Below are positions 42,858 through 52,901 of a stretch of 64,000 nt of DNA, piece after piece. Location of the stretch: the NCBI GenBank assembly GCA_964291215.2, contig OZ219791.1, positions 640,001 through 704,000 on the forward strand. Reading direction: 5' to 3'. The stretch is from Alphaproteobacteria bacterium (lineage in GTDB: Bacteria > Pseudomonadota > Alphaproteobacteria > MPNO01 > UBA830). Made by a program: the position numbers and the translations under genes. Positions within the stretch are counted from its first letter, which is position 1, and each line of letters starts with the position of its first letter. Below the pieces are notes generated by a model that was not told the origin of the DNA, did not search any database, and saw nothing but the letters and a program-made list of their open reading frames with translations.

Positions 42858-43880
42858 ATGGTGAACCTTCCGGCGAAGCGGCACGATGCGCTGTTCCGGG
42901 CGCTGGTCTCCGAGCCGTCCCGTGCCGCTTCGCTGCTCGCCGACTACCTGCCGCCGGAGGTGACTGCCCTCCTCGACCCCGAGGTGCCGCCCGAGGCGGT
43001 CGAGGGCAGTTTCGTTGACGAGGACGCCGTGCAGACCCAGTGCGATGCGCTGTTCCGGGTGAGGCTGAGGAGCGGCCACGATGCGCGCCTCTACGTGCTG
43101 CTCGAACATAAGAGCGAGGTCGACGCCGGCACGCCGCTCCAGCTCCTGGGATACATGGTCAACATCTGGCGGCGCGAGATCGAGGGCGGTGGGAACAGGC
43201 TGCCGGCGATCATCCCGCTGGTCTTCTACCATGGCCGGGGTCGATGGACGGCGGCGCGCTCGGTGCCGGACATGATCGACGCGCCCGGGGAGCTGGAGCC
43301 GTTCGTCAGGGAGTTCGCCTATGTGGTGCACGATCTCGGGAAGATTGCGCCGGACCAACTGTCGACCTCGCCCGAGGTGCGGGCCGGGCTCCTGGCCCTC
43401 GAGGCTGCCTTTGCCACGGAGATGCTCCCCGAGATTCTGGACACGATAACGGCCGGGCCGGTTGCGGGGAGCGCATTCGAGCGTCATATTGTGCGGTACA
43501 TGACCGAGCACAGGGGCCTGACGCTGCCTCTGCTGGAGGCGTCTCTGCGCCGGACGAAGCCGGACCATTGGGAGGTGCTGATGGGCACGATCGCACAAGC
43601 TTGGATCGAGCAGGGAATCGAGCAGGGAATCGAACAGGGAATCGAACGGGGAATCGAACAGGGAATCGAACAGGGAATCGAACGGGGAATCGAACGAGGT
43701 CGGAGCGAGGCCCTGGCGGAACTTCTTCTTCGCCAACTGTCGTTGCGCTTCGGTGATGTGCCGGGCGCGGCCCGCGAGCGGATTCGCGGCGCATCGGTCG
43801 CCGAACTGGAGGCTTGGGCGGAGGCGGTGCTGACTGCCACAAGTCTTGATGATGTGCTGGCCGCCAAGCCCAGGCACTGA
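42858..43880 (+). CDS. Rpn-family PD-(D/E)XK nuclease (YhgA/transposase_31-like) with DUF4351-like C-terminus
   Basis: HDALFR, CDALF, YVLLEHKS, LPAIIPLVFYHG, IEQG repeats, LLRQLSLRFG..LEAWAEAVL. Confidence 0.92.
   Translation: MVNLPAKRHDALFRALVSEPSRAASLLADYLPPEVTALLDPEVPPEAVEGSFVDEDAVQTQCDALFRVRLRSGHDARLYVLLEHKSEVDAGTPLQLLGYMVNIWRREIEGGGNRLPAIIPLVFYHGRGRWTAARSVPDMIDAPGELEPFVREFAYVVHDLGKIAPDQLSTSPEVRAGLLALEAAFATEMLPEILDTITAGPVAGSAFERHIVRYMTEHRGLTLPLLEASLRRTKPDHWEVLMGTIAQAWIEQGIEQGIEQGIERGIEQGIEQGIERGIERGRSEALAELLLRQLSLRFGDVPGAARERIRGASVAELEAWAEAVLTATSLDDVLAAKPRH
43605..43700 (+). repeat. Eight tandem 12-bp repeats encoding IE(Q/R)G
   Basis: Units such as atcgagcaggga, atcgaacaggga, atcgaacgggga counted directly. 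Confidence 0.95.
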
Positions 43881-44289
43881 GCCCGTTGCGGCACGCGCAC
43901 CGGCCGATCATGGTGCCCGGATGACACGCTTGCCATGACGTCGGCGCCCCCTGCGGACGGGGGCAGGCCCCATGTCCTGCGCACCCCTGCCGCGTCCGTC
44001 CCCGGCACCCGGAGTAAGGAGCCGGCGTCACGGGAGCGGGAACCGAAACGGATGGCTGCGCAGGTTTGACGGCAGGCAACCGGAACCATGCTCCATCGTC
44101 ATCCGGTTCAGATCGATTGACCTTCCAAAGTCGGACGACAGATCCAGATCGCATCCAGGCCAAGGAAAACGGAATGCTGCGATGCCCCGGCAGCCGACCC
44201 TGCCTGATGCCTCGTGATCCGCCGCCGCCAGATTCGGCAGGGGACGCCTTGCAGCCGACGTGGCATTTTCTGCATCAGGCGGCCATGAT

Positions 44290-44384
44290 GGTTCCCTGGA
44301 TGCTGCTCACCACCGAAGGCGACGTCACCGCCACCGATGCCCTTGAGATCGTCTCCTTCCACGAGAGGCGATGGTTGATCGAAG
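44290..44384 (+). pseudogene. IS4 transposase internal fragment
   Basis: WMLLTTEGDVTATDALEIVSFHERRWLIE. Confidence 0.75.
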
Positions 44385-44507
44385 GTCAGCGGTCGCTCAC
44401 GCAGTGATCGAGGCCTCATGGAACTGAGCGAATGTGGGTGAGACCCGGGACAGTGCGCAGTTGCCAGCGTCATCCTCATCATCGTCACCTTTTGACTGAA
44501 CGCTTAC
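44385..44507. mobile_element. IS66-type MITE, copy b (123 bp)
   Basis: Ends GTCAGCGGTCGCTCA / TGACTGAACGCTTAC; same orientation as copy a. Confidence 0.7.
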
Positions 44508-44920
44508 CCCCGGACAGCCTAGGATTTGATGCGACGCATTGATTTTAGGGACAGCGGGTCACGGGCTCAGGGCCGGCGGCAATTCCGGCTGTCCCGTGCA
44601 GCCAACCTGTAGATGTAAGGAACTCAGCCGGAGGTTGTTCCCCGCCGATCGCCCGGCGTTGTCTCCTGCGGACGGGCAGTGTTAGCTGTTCGGGCCGATG
44701 GAAGGAACAGCGACGCGCCCAGGACGGGTAAGAGAAACGGGATGCGCATTGCAACAGCCGGTCTCGCCTTGCTGCTGGCGGCGGCGGTGTCGATGCCTGC
44801 GGCTTCGGCCAAGGTAACTGCCTAGGTACCCGGCCGGGTCTGAATATGTGGTGACGTTGGTCGCCTGGGGGCCGTTTTGAGTGTCGTCATGTTGTTGATT
44901 CTAGGAATCTTGACTCTACA

Positions 44921-45330
44921 CCCAAGTTGGCACTTTTTGCGGCCTAGAATTTTTATCGCGTTGATATAACATGATTTTTTGGCGACCTATTTCAACATGG
45001 CACTACATTCTGTTGAATTCCGTCAGCTTGTGAGGCTCCTCCTCGTGCGGCGGGTTCGACACCAGCCGCCGAGGAGATTTCGGCAACCTCGGCGGTGCGT
45101 GTCCTGTCGGTTGACGATCAACGCGCCTGGCGCAGGCGCGTGGTGACCCTGGTTCCGCATGCTCTCGCGGATTGATGTCCAGCACTTGTGGATATCCCGC
45201 GCGGCCAGCGGATCAGATGCACCGCGTGGTAGGCGAGTACGGCGATCAACAGGTGGGCGGCGATGCGCTGGCCGGGCGCAATCCGAGCTCGGATTTCAAT
45301 GAACGGAAGGTGGCCTCGATATCCGTGTCC
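44921..45330 (-). mobile_element. IS1634-family 3' relic
   Basis: DIEATFRSLKSELGLRP and RIAAHLLIAVLAYHAVHLIR. Confidence 0.75.
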
Positions 45331-45625
45331 CGAGCATCCATGTTTCTTGGCAAGGTTTTTGCGGGTGTCTGCGGTGATGTTTTCTGTGGTTGTCCACAAG
45401 CGGTGTGGGATTTGCCCTGCGAGCGAGGCGACATGAAGCTTGTGGTCCCGGCGGCGGGTTGCCGTCCATTGGTCACGTGAACGCGGCTACCTTGCCGTCC
45501 CCGGGCACGTGACCGTCCGGGTTCCAGGTGTCCCAAGGCGGTTCGATCTCCTTGATGTCGGCCTCGACGATGACCTGCAGACATTCTCCCCAAGTCGTGT
45601 CGTAGAGGGAGACTGTCGAGACAGT
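45331..45625. repeat. ~300-bp dispersed repeat, copy 2
   Basis: Highly similar to 24145-24446. Confidence 0.85.
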
Positions 45626-45699
45626 CCCGATCGCGCTCTCGGCAGGGGTGAGGGCCGTGTCTCCTTCGCTCACTCACCGGTGCTTCGGTCGACCAGCAA

Positions 45700-46620
45700 C
45701 GCTGCTGTCGCAGCAAGGTGTTCGCCAGAGCTTGCGCATCACGGCGACAATGGCGACTTTGTGGGCCTTGCCGGCGGTCTTGTGGCGTTCGAACACCAGA
45801 TCCGCGTTGAAGCGTGCTGCCGAGGTCGCGGCCATGAACAGGAGATCACGTGGCCTCCGGCGCCCGCCTCGGATATGCCGAGCACCGTGGCCATCGGCGC
45901 CACCCCGATCAAGGCTGCCGACGCTGCCGAGTTCGGGCATCCAGCAAAGAATGGCCGCGGCGGTCACTGGATCAAGGTCAGGGTACCTCTGCTCGGGATC
46001 ACCGGCGATCACCGCTTTGATCGCCGCACCGGCAATGCGATCATCGAGATCGGCCGCCGAAGCCCTTGTGACGGTCTCGCCATCCACCTCATCTGCCACT
46101 TGCCTGGCGTCGACAAGCGCGGCGCCAGGAGATCCCCCAGGCAGTTGAGGAAGGCTTCCTGAGGGGCCACAGGCTCGAGATCGCACCGTGCCGATCTTGG
46201 CGTCAACGCGGTTGGCCCAAAGCCTCGGCGAAGCCCTCAACGGGCAGGACAACCTCGAAGCCCCGGTCATGAAGACACTGGTGAACCTTGCGGCGATAGC
46301 GGCCTGTCGCCCACCACACGGGTTACCTCAAGGCTGCGAAGCCACGTGCCCGTGGCGTCGTTCGTAAAACGACGCCCCAGATGTCCAGACTGGCTGACCC
46401 CTGCTACTACCTTGACCATCGTTCCTCGCCTTATGATGATACGGTTCAAACCCAAGCATCCATTCAGGACGCAAGGGACGCCAAAGGAGGTTGCCACGCT
46501 CGGGAACGGCTCTATAAAGCCAAGGACGGAACGGCAGCCTCCGCGGAGATCGTTTGATCCCCGCTCCCCTGTACGTTCTCACACAGGGGAGCGGAATCTC
46601 TCTGCAACCATAGCTCTCCC
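45700..46620 (-). mobile_element. IS110-family relic with upstream non-coding end
   Basis: MVKVVAGV start at 46419; IRGGRRRPRDLLFMAA and AGKAHKVAIVAVMRKL; ~200-bp structured upstream region. Confidence 0.75.
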
Positions 46621-46691
46621 ATAGTCGAGGTTATCCACATTTTCCCGCCCCCAACTGCTGTGGATGATTTCATCATCAAGGGGACAAAACC

Positions 46692-46870
46692 TAGTAGTAT
46701 AACATTATTGGATTGACGGATATAGTGACTTCAGTTTCGTCCGGGCATCCTTCGTCGTGAAACGCCAGTCGACAGTGACATCGGCTGCATTGCGCCGTTC
46801 CACCCACGCCGCCGTCTCCCGCAGCATGGTGTCGCGGTCGGGAATGCGTCGCCGAAGGCACTGCCGCGAC
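46692..46870 (-). mobile_element. IS630-family 3' end relic
   Basis: LSRQCLRRRI..VDWRFTTKDARTKLKSLYPSIQ. Confidence 0.75.
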
Positions 46871-47235
46871 AGCTCGAGATCCCGCATTATTCGTTGGTTT
46901 TCAACGAAATGGAGGAGGATTGAGTATCTGTGCCAGAGTTTCTGAGTTCCCGGCCGGGGTTGTCGTTTGCTGGGGATGAAGCCTGCCACGCGCGCGGTGT
47001 TGATGGCGAAGGCTTCGATGGTCGGTTCCGGATCGGGAGGCGTGCGCGGTTTGCGCTTGTTGCGTTGTCCGTCGGTTATGTAGATGTTGAGGATCGTGAC
47101 CTCATCGCGGTGGGCGACATGGCTTGCCGGCGTGGCGGGCTCCGAGCGTGCGAGGCGCTCGACGGTCCTGATGCGGCATGCGGCGATCGCGTCGAAGACG
47201 AGGCACTTCTTCATGTCGCGCCCATCTGCGCGATC
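46871..47235 (-). pseudogene. IS4 transposase C-terminal fragment (diverged copy)
   Basis: KKCLVFDAIAACRI, AGFIPSKRQPRPGTQKLW. Confidence 0.75.
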
Positions 47236-47389
47236 CGGCGCCTGACCCTGCCGTCCGGGTGCGTGCTGCGACCGTACTCCCGTTCGGCCAATCCCTCTCA
47301 CTGTACATCGACCCGGATCAGGCGAGAACCCGTTCCGGTTCGCGGCACAGGACCCTGCACCAGCCTTGCTCAAGCGGCTTGAGCCAGAC

Positions 47390-48603
47390 GATTACGCAAC
47401 CTGATGTCTGGAAATTGTCGTGAAGCTGATCGAGCTGTTCCCATTTGATGTATGCCTTGGTTTCGGTTTCCCATTTTTCGTCGATGAGGACCGCGGTTGA
47501 GAGGCGCTCCAACGAGGCGAGGTTCGGAAAGACCCTGACTTTGGAGGTGCGCCGCTTGAGCTCTTGCCGGATCGGCCGCTCGATGCCGTTCGAGGTTCGC
47601 ATGCGCTTGCGGTGAGCATCGGGCAAGGTGAAGACAGCGAGCCCCGCATTCTTTTCCAGCCAGGAAGCCTGGATGCTTGTCGCGATAGCTGGCCACGAGG
47701 GCGCCCAGTTCAGCCTCGGCGGTTTGGAGTGAGGAGGCGTGGCTCCGAGCTGTTTTCCGATACGTTTCCTGATGTCGTTGTTCGGTGCACGGCGTTTTGC
47801 GCCAGGTGGAACTGGCAGCGCTGCCACATCGCCGCGCCCAGCACCGTGCCGCTTTCAGCCCGGCATCCGAGACGATGAAGGTCGTACCATGCAGGGCTAG
47901 CAAGCTTTCCAGGAAGGCTCTCCAATGGACCTCGGCCTCGGAGAGCGCCACAGAGAGCCCCGGAACGTGCCTGCAGCCCCTGTTCCGATGGCCGAGAGCA
48001 CTGCAACATCGCGCACAACGCCGTCATGGCGGGCTTTTTCGTAGCGCGCATCTAGGTATTTCATCAGGGGCCGGTTGCGCGGCGAGTTCTTCATCGAGCA
48101 ACCTGGTGGCCCCTGAGAAGAGGACAGGCTCCCGAACTCGCGCATTACATCCTGCCGCGTGGAAACACCCTTGATGTACATCTCGGCTACGGCGCGAGAA
48201 GATCGCTGGCCGCGTTCAAGCGACTGGGGGGTCGTCCCCGTGACCGGCCGTCTTTGGCACCTGAACGGCAACAGGGGGGTGTCGATCCGCTTGTAGCCGT
48301 TGGCCCTGTCGCTCCGGTGTCCGGTGGCCCGCTTTCAAGTACTGCTCGCGCTCGATTTGCATCGCAAGCTCGAAGAGCTGGCCAAAGACCCGCCCCAGAT
48401 CCGTTGCTCCGTTTGCGATCAGATGTTCCAAAACAGTCCCGATCGTCGTAGTGTGTCGCAGGTCCATTCGCTTCCTCCATGAATGTTTTACAACTCCATG
48501 GGATAGCACGATGGCGCCGCGTTTCACTGGGGGGCTAGCCCCCCAGTGAAACGCCTCAAAGCGCAAACCTCAGACAAATTTCCAGACATCAAGTTACAGT
48601 ACC
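47390..48603 (-). mobile_element. IS256-family element, heavily frameshifted
   Basis: TIR cores tgatgtctggaaattgtc / gacaaatttccagacatca; flanks agccagac / agccaggc; fragments EMYIKGVSTR, YLDARYEK, QRCQFH, RTSNGIER. Confidence 0.85.
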
Positions 48604-48681
48604 AGCCAGGCCGCGTGGCGCACATCCGAACGCCTCCCCCTTATGTCAGGGCACAGAGAATACGTGTATACACACGTAAAT

Positions 48682-49009
48682 AGTGCCCGCGCGGAAACGA
48701 CCGTTTTGGCTGACCTTCCGGCGAAATTTCGGGTTTGATCTGCTCCCGGGGCCTCCGGGTGCTCCGTTTCCAAGGGGATTCCTGCCGATTCGCAGCGGCA
48801 CAGGGCCCTTCCAACCGAGAATCCAGCGCAATCTGGCTCAAGCTGCGCGCGGATAACGTTTCGCGTGGCAATTCTCGCGAAGTTTTTTGAGAATCCGGCG
48901 GATTCCCGGTCTGATCGGTCAATTCCCGCCCCAAAGGGAGATTCTTCGCCCCCCTATATCATGATTTATCCAATAGAATCTCTCGGTTGTATATTTTTGC
49001 GCAGGCACT
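48682..49009. mobile_element. Internally deleted miniature copy of the ISNCY-like element (328 bp)
   Basis: Both ends match 22937-23070 and 24620-24800; aaat on both flanks. Confidence 0.8.
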
Positions 49010-49185
49010 AAATGCAGGCCGCCACCAGCGGAGACCGTCTGATCGCCGTAGCGGTTTCGCGTTCTGGCCGGCGACGCCCACTGCCTCGATAAACGGTTGC
49101 GAGTGACGGCGTTCGGGGCCGGCTTTCCCGGTCAAGTATCGGTATTCATGATATGTTGGGGGAGGGGGGTGTTGCCGATTCATAC

Positions 49186-49310
49186 GTAAGCGTTCGGTCA
49201 CGCGGTGACGACTGATTCTGGTCGGTTCCGAGCCTTCTGACAATCTGCCGATAAAACGTATCCTCAACCGGTGACGATCACCAACAATCACCCCGTGACC
49301 GAACGCTTAC
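49186..49310. mobile_element. IS66-type MITE, copy c (125 bp)
   Basis: Perfect 17-bp TIR GTAAGCGTTCGGTCACG; exact 9-bp flanking repeat gattcatac (49177-49185, 49311-49319). Confidence 0.88.
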
Positions 49311-49340
49311 GATTCATACCGCCGATGGCACCGGAAATGA

Positions 49341-49356
49341 TGTTTCACGTGAAACA
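49341..49356. promoter_or_regulatory. parS site
   Basis: Exact TGTTTCACGTGAAACA upstream of mnmG. Confidence 0.93.
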
Positions 49357-49438
49357 TCACACGGCCGCGCGCTCCCTGCTCTGCGCCAGGCGCGGCGCCG
49401 ACCTTTACAATGCCGGCCGATCGTTCTAGACAGGGCGC

Positions 49439-51346
49439 ATGTCAGGCTTCGTCTTCTCTCACGATGTAATCGTGGTCGGCGGTGGCCACGCCGGCTGCGA
49501 GGCTGCGGCCGCGGCGGCCCGTGCCGGCGCCCGCACCCTGCTGATCACCCATAGGCGCGGCACCATCGGCGAAATGTCCTGCAATCCGGCCATCGGCGGC
49601 CTTGGCAAGGGGCATCTGGTCCGGGAGACCGATGCGCTCGACGGCGTCATGGGGCGTGCGACGGACCGTGCGGGGATCCAGTTCCGGATCCTCAACCGGA
49701 GCAAGGGACCTGCGGTCCAGGGCCCGAGAGCGCAGGCGGACAGGGCGCTTTACCGAAGCGCAATGCAGGACATCCTTGCTGCCCAGGAGAATCTCGAGAT
49801 CCGCGAGGGCGGTGTCGAGGATCTTCTGACCGGCGAAGGCCGGGGCCCTCTGTCGGTGTCCGGCGTCGAACTGACAGGCGGCGAGACCATCCGGGCGGCG
49901 GCCGTGGTGCTGACGACCGGGACATTTCTCGGCGGGTTGATCCATATCGGGGAACGCAGGATTCCGGCCGGCCGGGTCGGGGAACCGCCGGCCCATGGCC
50001 TGTCCCGGGCGCTCGACAGGTACGGCTTGGTGCTTGGGCGCCTCAAGACCGGGACGCCGCCCAGGCTCGATGGCAACACCATAGATCGAGATGCGCTGGA
50101 AGTCCTCGGGGGCGATGATCCGCCGGAGCCGTTCTCGACCCTCACCGACCGTATCAGCGTACCGCAGGTCGCCTGCCACGTCACCCATACCAACGAACGC
50201 GTACATGACATCATCCGGGCCAACCTGCACCGGGCGCCGATGTATTCTGGACAGATCAGCGCATCCGGACCGCGATACTGTCCTTCGATCGAGGACAAGG
50301 TGGTGCGCTTTGATGGCCGCGGCCGTCACAGGATCGTTCTCGAGCCAGAGGGGCTCGACGATTCAACGGTTTATCCAAACGGGATATCGACATCGCTGCC
50401 CGAGGCGGTGCAGCTGGAGATGCTCGCCTGCATTCCAGGTCTCGAAAAGGCGCGAATGATCCGACCGGGCTACGCGATCGAATATGACTTCGTCGATCCG
50501 CGCGCGCTCCGCCCGACGCTTGAGGTCACGAAAGTCCGCGGCCTGTATCTGGCCGGGCAGATAAACGGCACCACTGGCTATGAGGAGGCCGCGGCGCAGG
50601 GGCTGATCGCCGGCGTCAACGCGGCGCGGGCGGCGGCGGGCATGGATCCGTTCACGCTCGACCGTGCCGACGCCTATATCGGGGTCATGATCGATGACCT
50701 GATCACCCGCGGTGCGCCCGAACCCTACCGGATGTTCACCTCGCGCGCCGAATATCGCCTCCTTCTGCGTGCCGACAATGCGGACCAGCGTCTTACGCCT
50801 GCCGGCATCCGCGCCGGCTTCGTTTCGTCGGAACGCGCTGCGGCGTTTGCGCGAAAGATGGACGATCTCGCCGCGGCGCGGAAGACACTGGCGAGGCTGT
50901 CGGCATCTCCCCGGATGCTTGGTGCGCACGGCATCGCGGCGGCGCAGGATGGGGTCGCGCGCAGCGCTCTCAAGCTTGTGGGTCAGCCCGGCGTGACGGT
51001 TGGCATTCTGGCCCGTATCTGGCCGGCCGTAGCCGGAATTCCGGCGCCGGTCCTGCGCCAGATCGCCAACGATTCGCGCTATGCCGGCTATTTTGACCGT
51101 CAGCAGGCCGACATCGACGCGTTCCGCAGGGATGAGGCGCTGGAACTGCCTGCAGACCTTGATTTCCACCAGATCGGCGGGCTGTCAAATGAGGCGCGTG
51201 AGAAACTCGAGGGTGCGCGCCCGGCCACGCTCGGCGCCGCAAGCCGGATTCCCGGGATGACCCCGGCAGCGCTGACGGCGCTGCTTCGCCATGTCCGGCC
51301 CGCTGGCGGGCAGCTCGGAGCCGGACGGAACCGTGACGCCGCCTGA
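49439..51346 (+). CDS. mnmG: tRNA uridine-5-carboxymethylaminomethyl synthesis enzyme MnmG
   Basis: [50 protein letters not shown]. Confidence 0.97.
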   Translation: MSGFVFSHDVIVVGGGHAGCEAAAAAARAGARTLLITHRRGTIGEMSCNPAIGGLGKGHLVRETDALDGVMGRATDRAGIQFRILNRSKGPAVQGPRAQADRALYRSAMQDILAAQENLEIREGGVEDLLTGEGRGPLSVSGVELTGGETIRAAAVVLTTGTFLGGLIHIGERRIPAGRVGEPPAHGLSRALDRYGLVLGRLKTGTPPRLDGNTIDRDALEVLGGDDPPEPFSTLTDRISVPQVACHVTHTNERVHDIIRANLHRAPMYSGQISASGPRYCPSIEDKVVRFDGRGRHRIVLEPEGLDDSTVYPNGISTSLPEAVQLEMLACIPGLEKARMIRPGYAIEYDFVDPRALRPTLEVTKVRGLYLAGQINGTTGYEEAAAQGLIAGVNAARAAAGMDPFTLDRADAYIGVMIDDLITRGAPEPYRMFTSRAEYRLLLRADNADQRLTPAGIRAGFVSSERAAAFARKMDDLAAARKTLARLSASPRMLGAHGIAAAQDGVARSALKLVGQPGVTVGILARIWPAVAGIPAPVLRQIANDSRYAGYFDRQQADIDAFRRDEALELPADLDFHQIGGLSNEAREKLEGARPATLGAASRIPGMTPAALTALLRHVRPAGGQLGAGRNRDAA

Positions 51347-52043
51347 GCCTGGCGCCGCCGTGACGTCGGCGACCGTCCGGACAGAGTCCCTGAGCCCCGC
51401 CGAATTCGCCCGGGTCGCCGATGTTTCACGTGAAACACTCGACCGCCTGCAACTCTATGCCGATCTTCTCGTCAAGTGGCAAGCTTCCATCAATCTTGTG
51501 GCGCCGTCGACGCTCTCCGATGTTTGGCGCCGTCACATGCTCGATTCGGCTCAACTCGCCGCCCTGATGCCGCCGCCGGACGGCTCGGCCCGGCCGATTG
51601 CGGATCTCGGCAGCGGCGCCGGCTTCCCCGGGCTCGTGCTCGCCATTGTCACCGGGCGGCCGACACTTCTCATTGACGCGGATTCGCGCAAATGCGCGTT
51701 TCTTCGCGAAGCCATACGCGTCACCGGGGCGTCGGCGATCGTCATCAATGCCCGAATCGAATCCCTGGCGTCGGAACCGGTGGGTTGGGCCGTCGACATC
51801 CTAGTCGCTCGGGCCCTTTCGCATCTCGAAAAGCTTTGTTTTTTTGCGAATTTACTGAAACCTCGCTGCTGCCTGTTCCTTAAGGGAAGAAACTGGCGCG
51901 ACGAATTGACCGCCGCCGAAGAACGCTGGACAATGCAGGTTGAGTCCTTTGCGAGCCTGAGCGCTCCATCCGCGCGTGTCTTGCGGCTTGGCGGAGTGGC
52001 GCCGGTCGGAAACGCGGACTCCCGGGCGTCGCCCGCAAAATGA
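51333..52043 (+). CDS. rsmG: 16S rRNA m7G527 methyltransferase (start approximate)
   Basis: [20 protein letters not shown]; lies between mnmG and parA. Confidence 0.93.
   Translation: MTPPEPGAAVTSATVRTESLSPAEFARVADVSRETLDRLQLYADLLVKWQASINLVAPSTLSDVWRRHMLDSAQLAALMPPPDGSARPIADLGSGAGFPGLVLAIVTGRPTLLIDADSRKCAFLREAIRVTGASAIVINARIESLASEPVGWAVDILVARALSHLEKLCFFANLLKPRCCLFLKGRNWRDELTAAEERWTMQVESFASLSAPSARVLRLGGVAPVGNADSRASPAK
51422..51437. promoter_or_regulatory. parS site inside rsmG
   Basis: Exact TGTTTCACGTGAAACA, encoding VSRET. Confidence 0.93.
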
Positions 52044-52073
52044 TGACGCCGGCAGGCAGGTGACAGGTTGAAG

Positions 52074-52901
52074 ATGAGCGGCATCTCGGTCGAGTCCGGC
52101 GATACGCCCCCGGTATCCGGTGCGGAAACGGCTCATGCGTATGTCGTTTCAATCGCCAACCAGAAGGGCGGCGTCGGCAAGACAACGACGGCGATCAACT
52201 TGGCAACGGCGCTGGCGGTTTTCGGCAAGCGGGTGCTGGTGGTCGATCTCGACCCTCAGGGCAACGCCTCGACGGGTTTTGGCATCGCGCATGACGCGCG
52301 TACTGCGGGCACTTACGGGCTTCTGGTCGACGACCTCCGGTTGGCGAATGTTGCAATGGAAACCGGCGTGCCGAATCTTGACATCGTCCCCGCCACCATC
52401 GATCTGTCGGCAGCCGATGTCGAGATGGCGAATATTGTGCGGGGCCAGGAGCGGCTGCGGCAGGCCCTGCGGCCCGCCGTGACCCAGTACGACCACATTC
52501 TCATCGACTGTCCGCCGGCCCTGGGCCTGCTCACCATAAACGGACTGGCAGCGGCTGACGCCGTGGTCGTGCCCATGCAATGCGAATTCCTGCCGCTTGA
52601 AGGGCTCGGCCAGCTGATGCGTACCATCGAGCAGGTCAAGGTGTCCTTCAACCCCGATCTCGAACTGCAGGGGATTCTCCTGACGATGTACGATTCCCGT
52701 AACCGCCTGTCCGGAGAGGTCAGCGAAAACGTGCGCGGCTATTTCGGTGACCGGGTGTTCGACACCGTCATCCCCAGGAACGTCAGGGTTTCCGAAGCGC
52801 CGTCGCACGGCAAGCCAGTCCTTTTCTATGACCTGAACTGTGCCGGATCCCGCGCCTATGTTGCTCTTGCAAGCGAACTTCTCGAACGGGGAAGGCCGTG
52901 A
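52074..52901 (+). CDS. parA: Chromosome partitioning ATPase ParA
   Basis: NQKGGVGKTTT, DLDPQGNAS, DCPP, SEAPSHG. Confidence 0.96.
   Translation: MSGISVESGDTPPVSGAETAHAYVVSIANQKGGVGKTTTAINLATALAVFGKRVLVVDLDPQGNASTGFGIAHDARTAGTYGLLVDDLRLANVAMETGVPNLDIVPATIDLSAADVEMANIVRGQERLRQALRPAVTQYDHILIDCPPALGLLTINGLAAADAVVVPMQCEFLPLEGLGQLMRTIEQVKVSFNPDLELQGILLTMYDSRNRLSGEVSENVRGYFGDRVFDTVIPRNVRVSEAPSHGKPVLFYDLNCAGSRAYVALASELLERGRP

Noticed and set aside
43605-43700. Regular short repeats suggesting a CRISPR array
   Set aside because: 12-bp tandem units with no spacers, in frame inside rpn; no cas genes in the window.
51422-51437. parS inside a coding region as a novelty
   Set aside because: A parS encoding VSRET in alphaproteobacterial rsmG is common.
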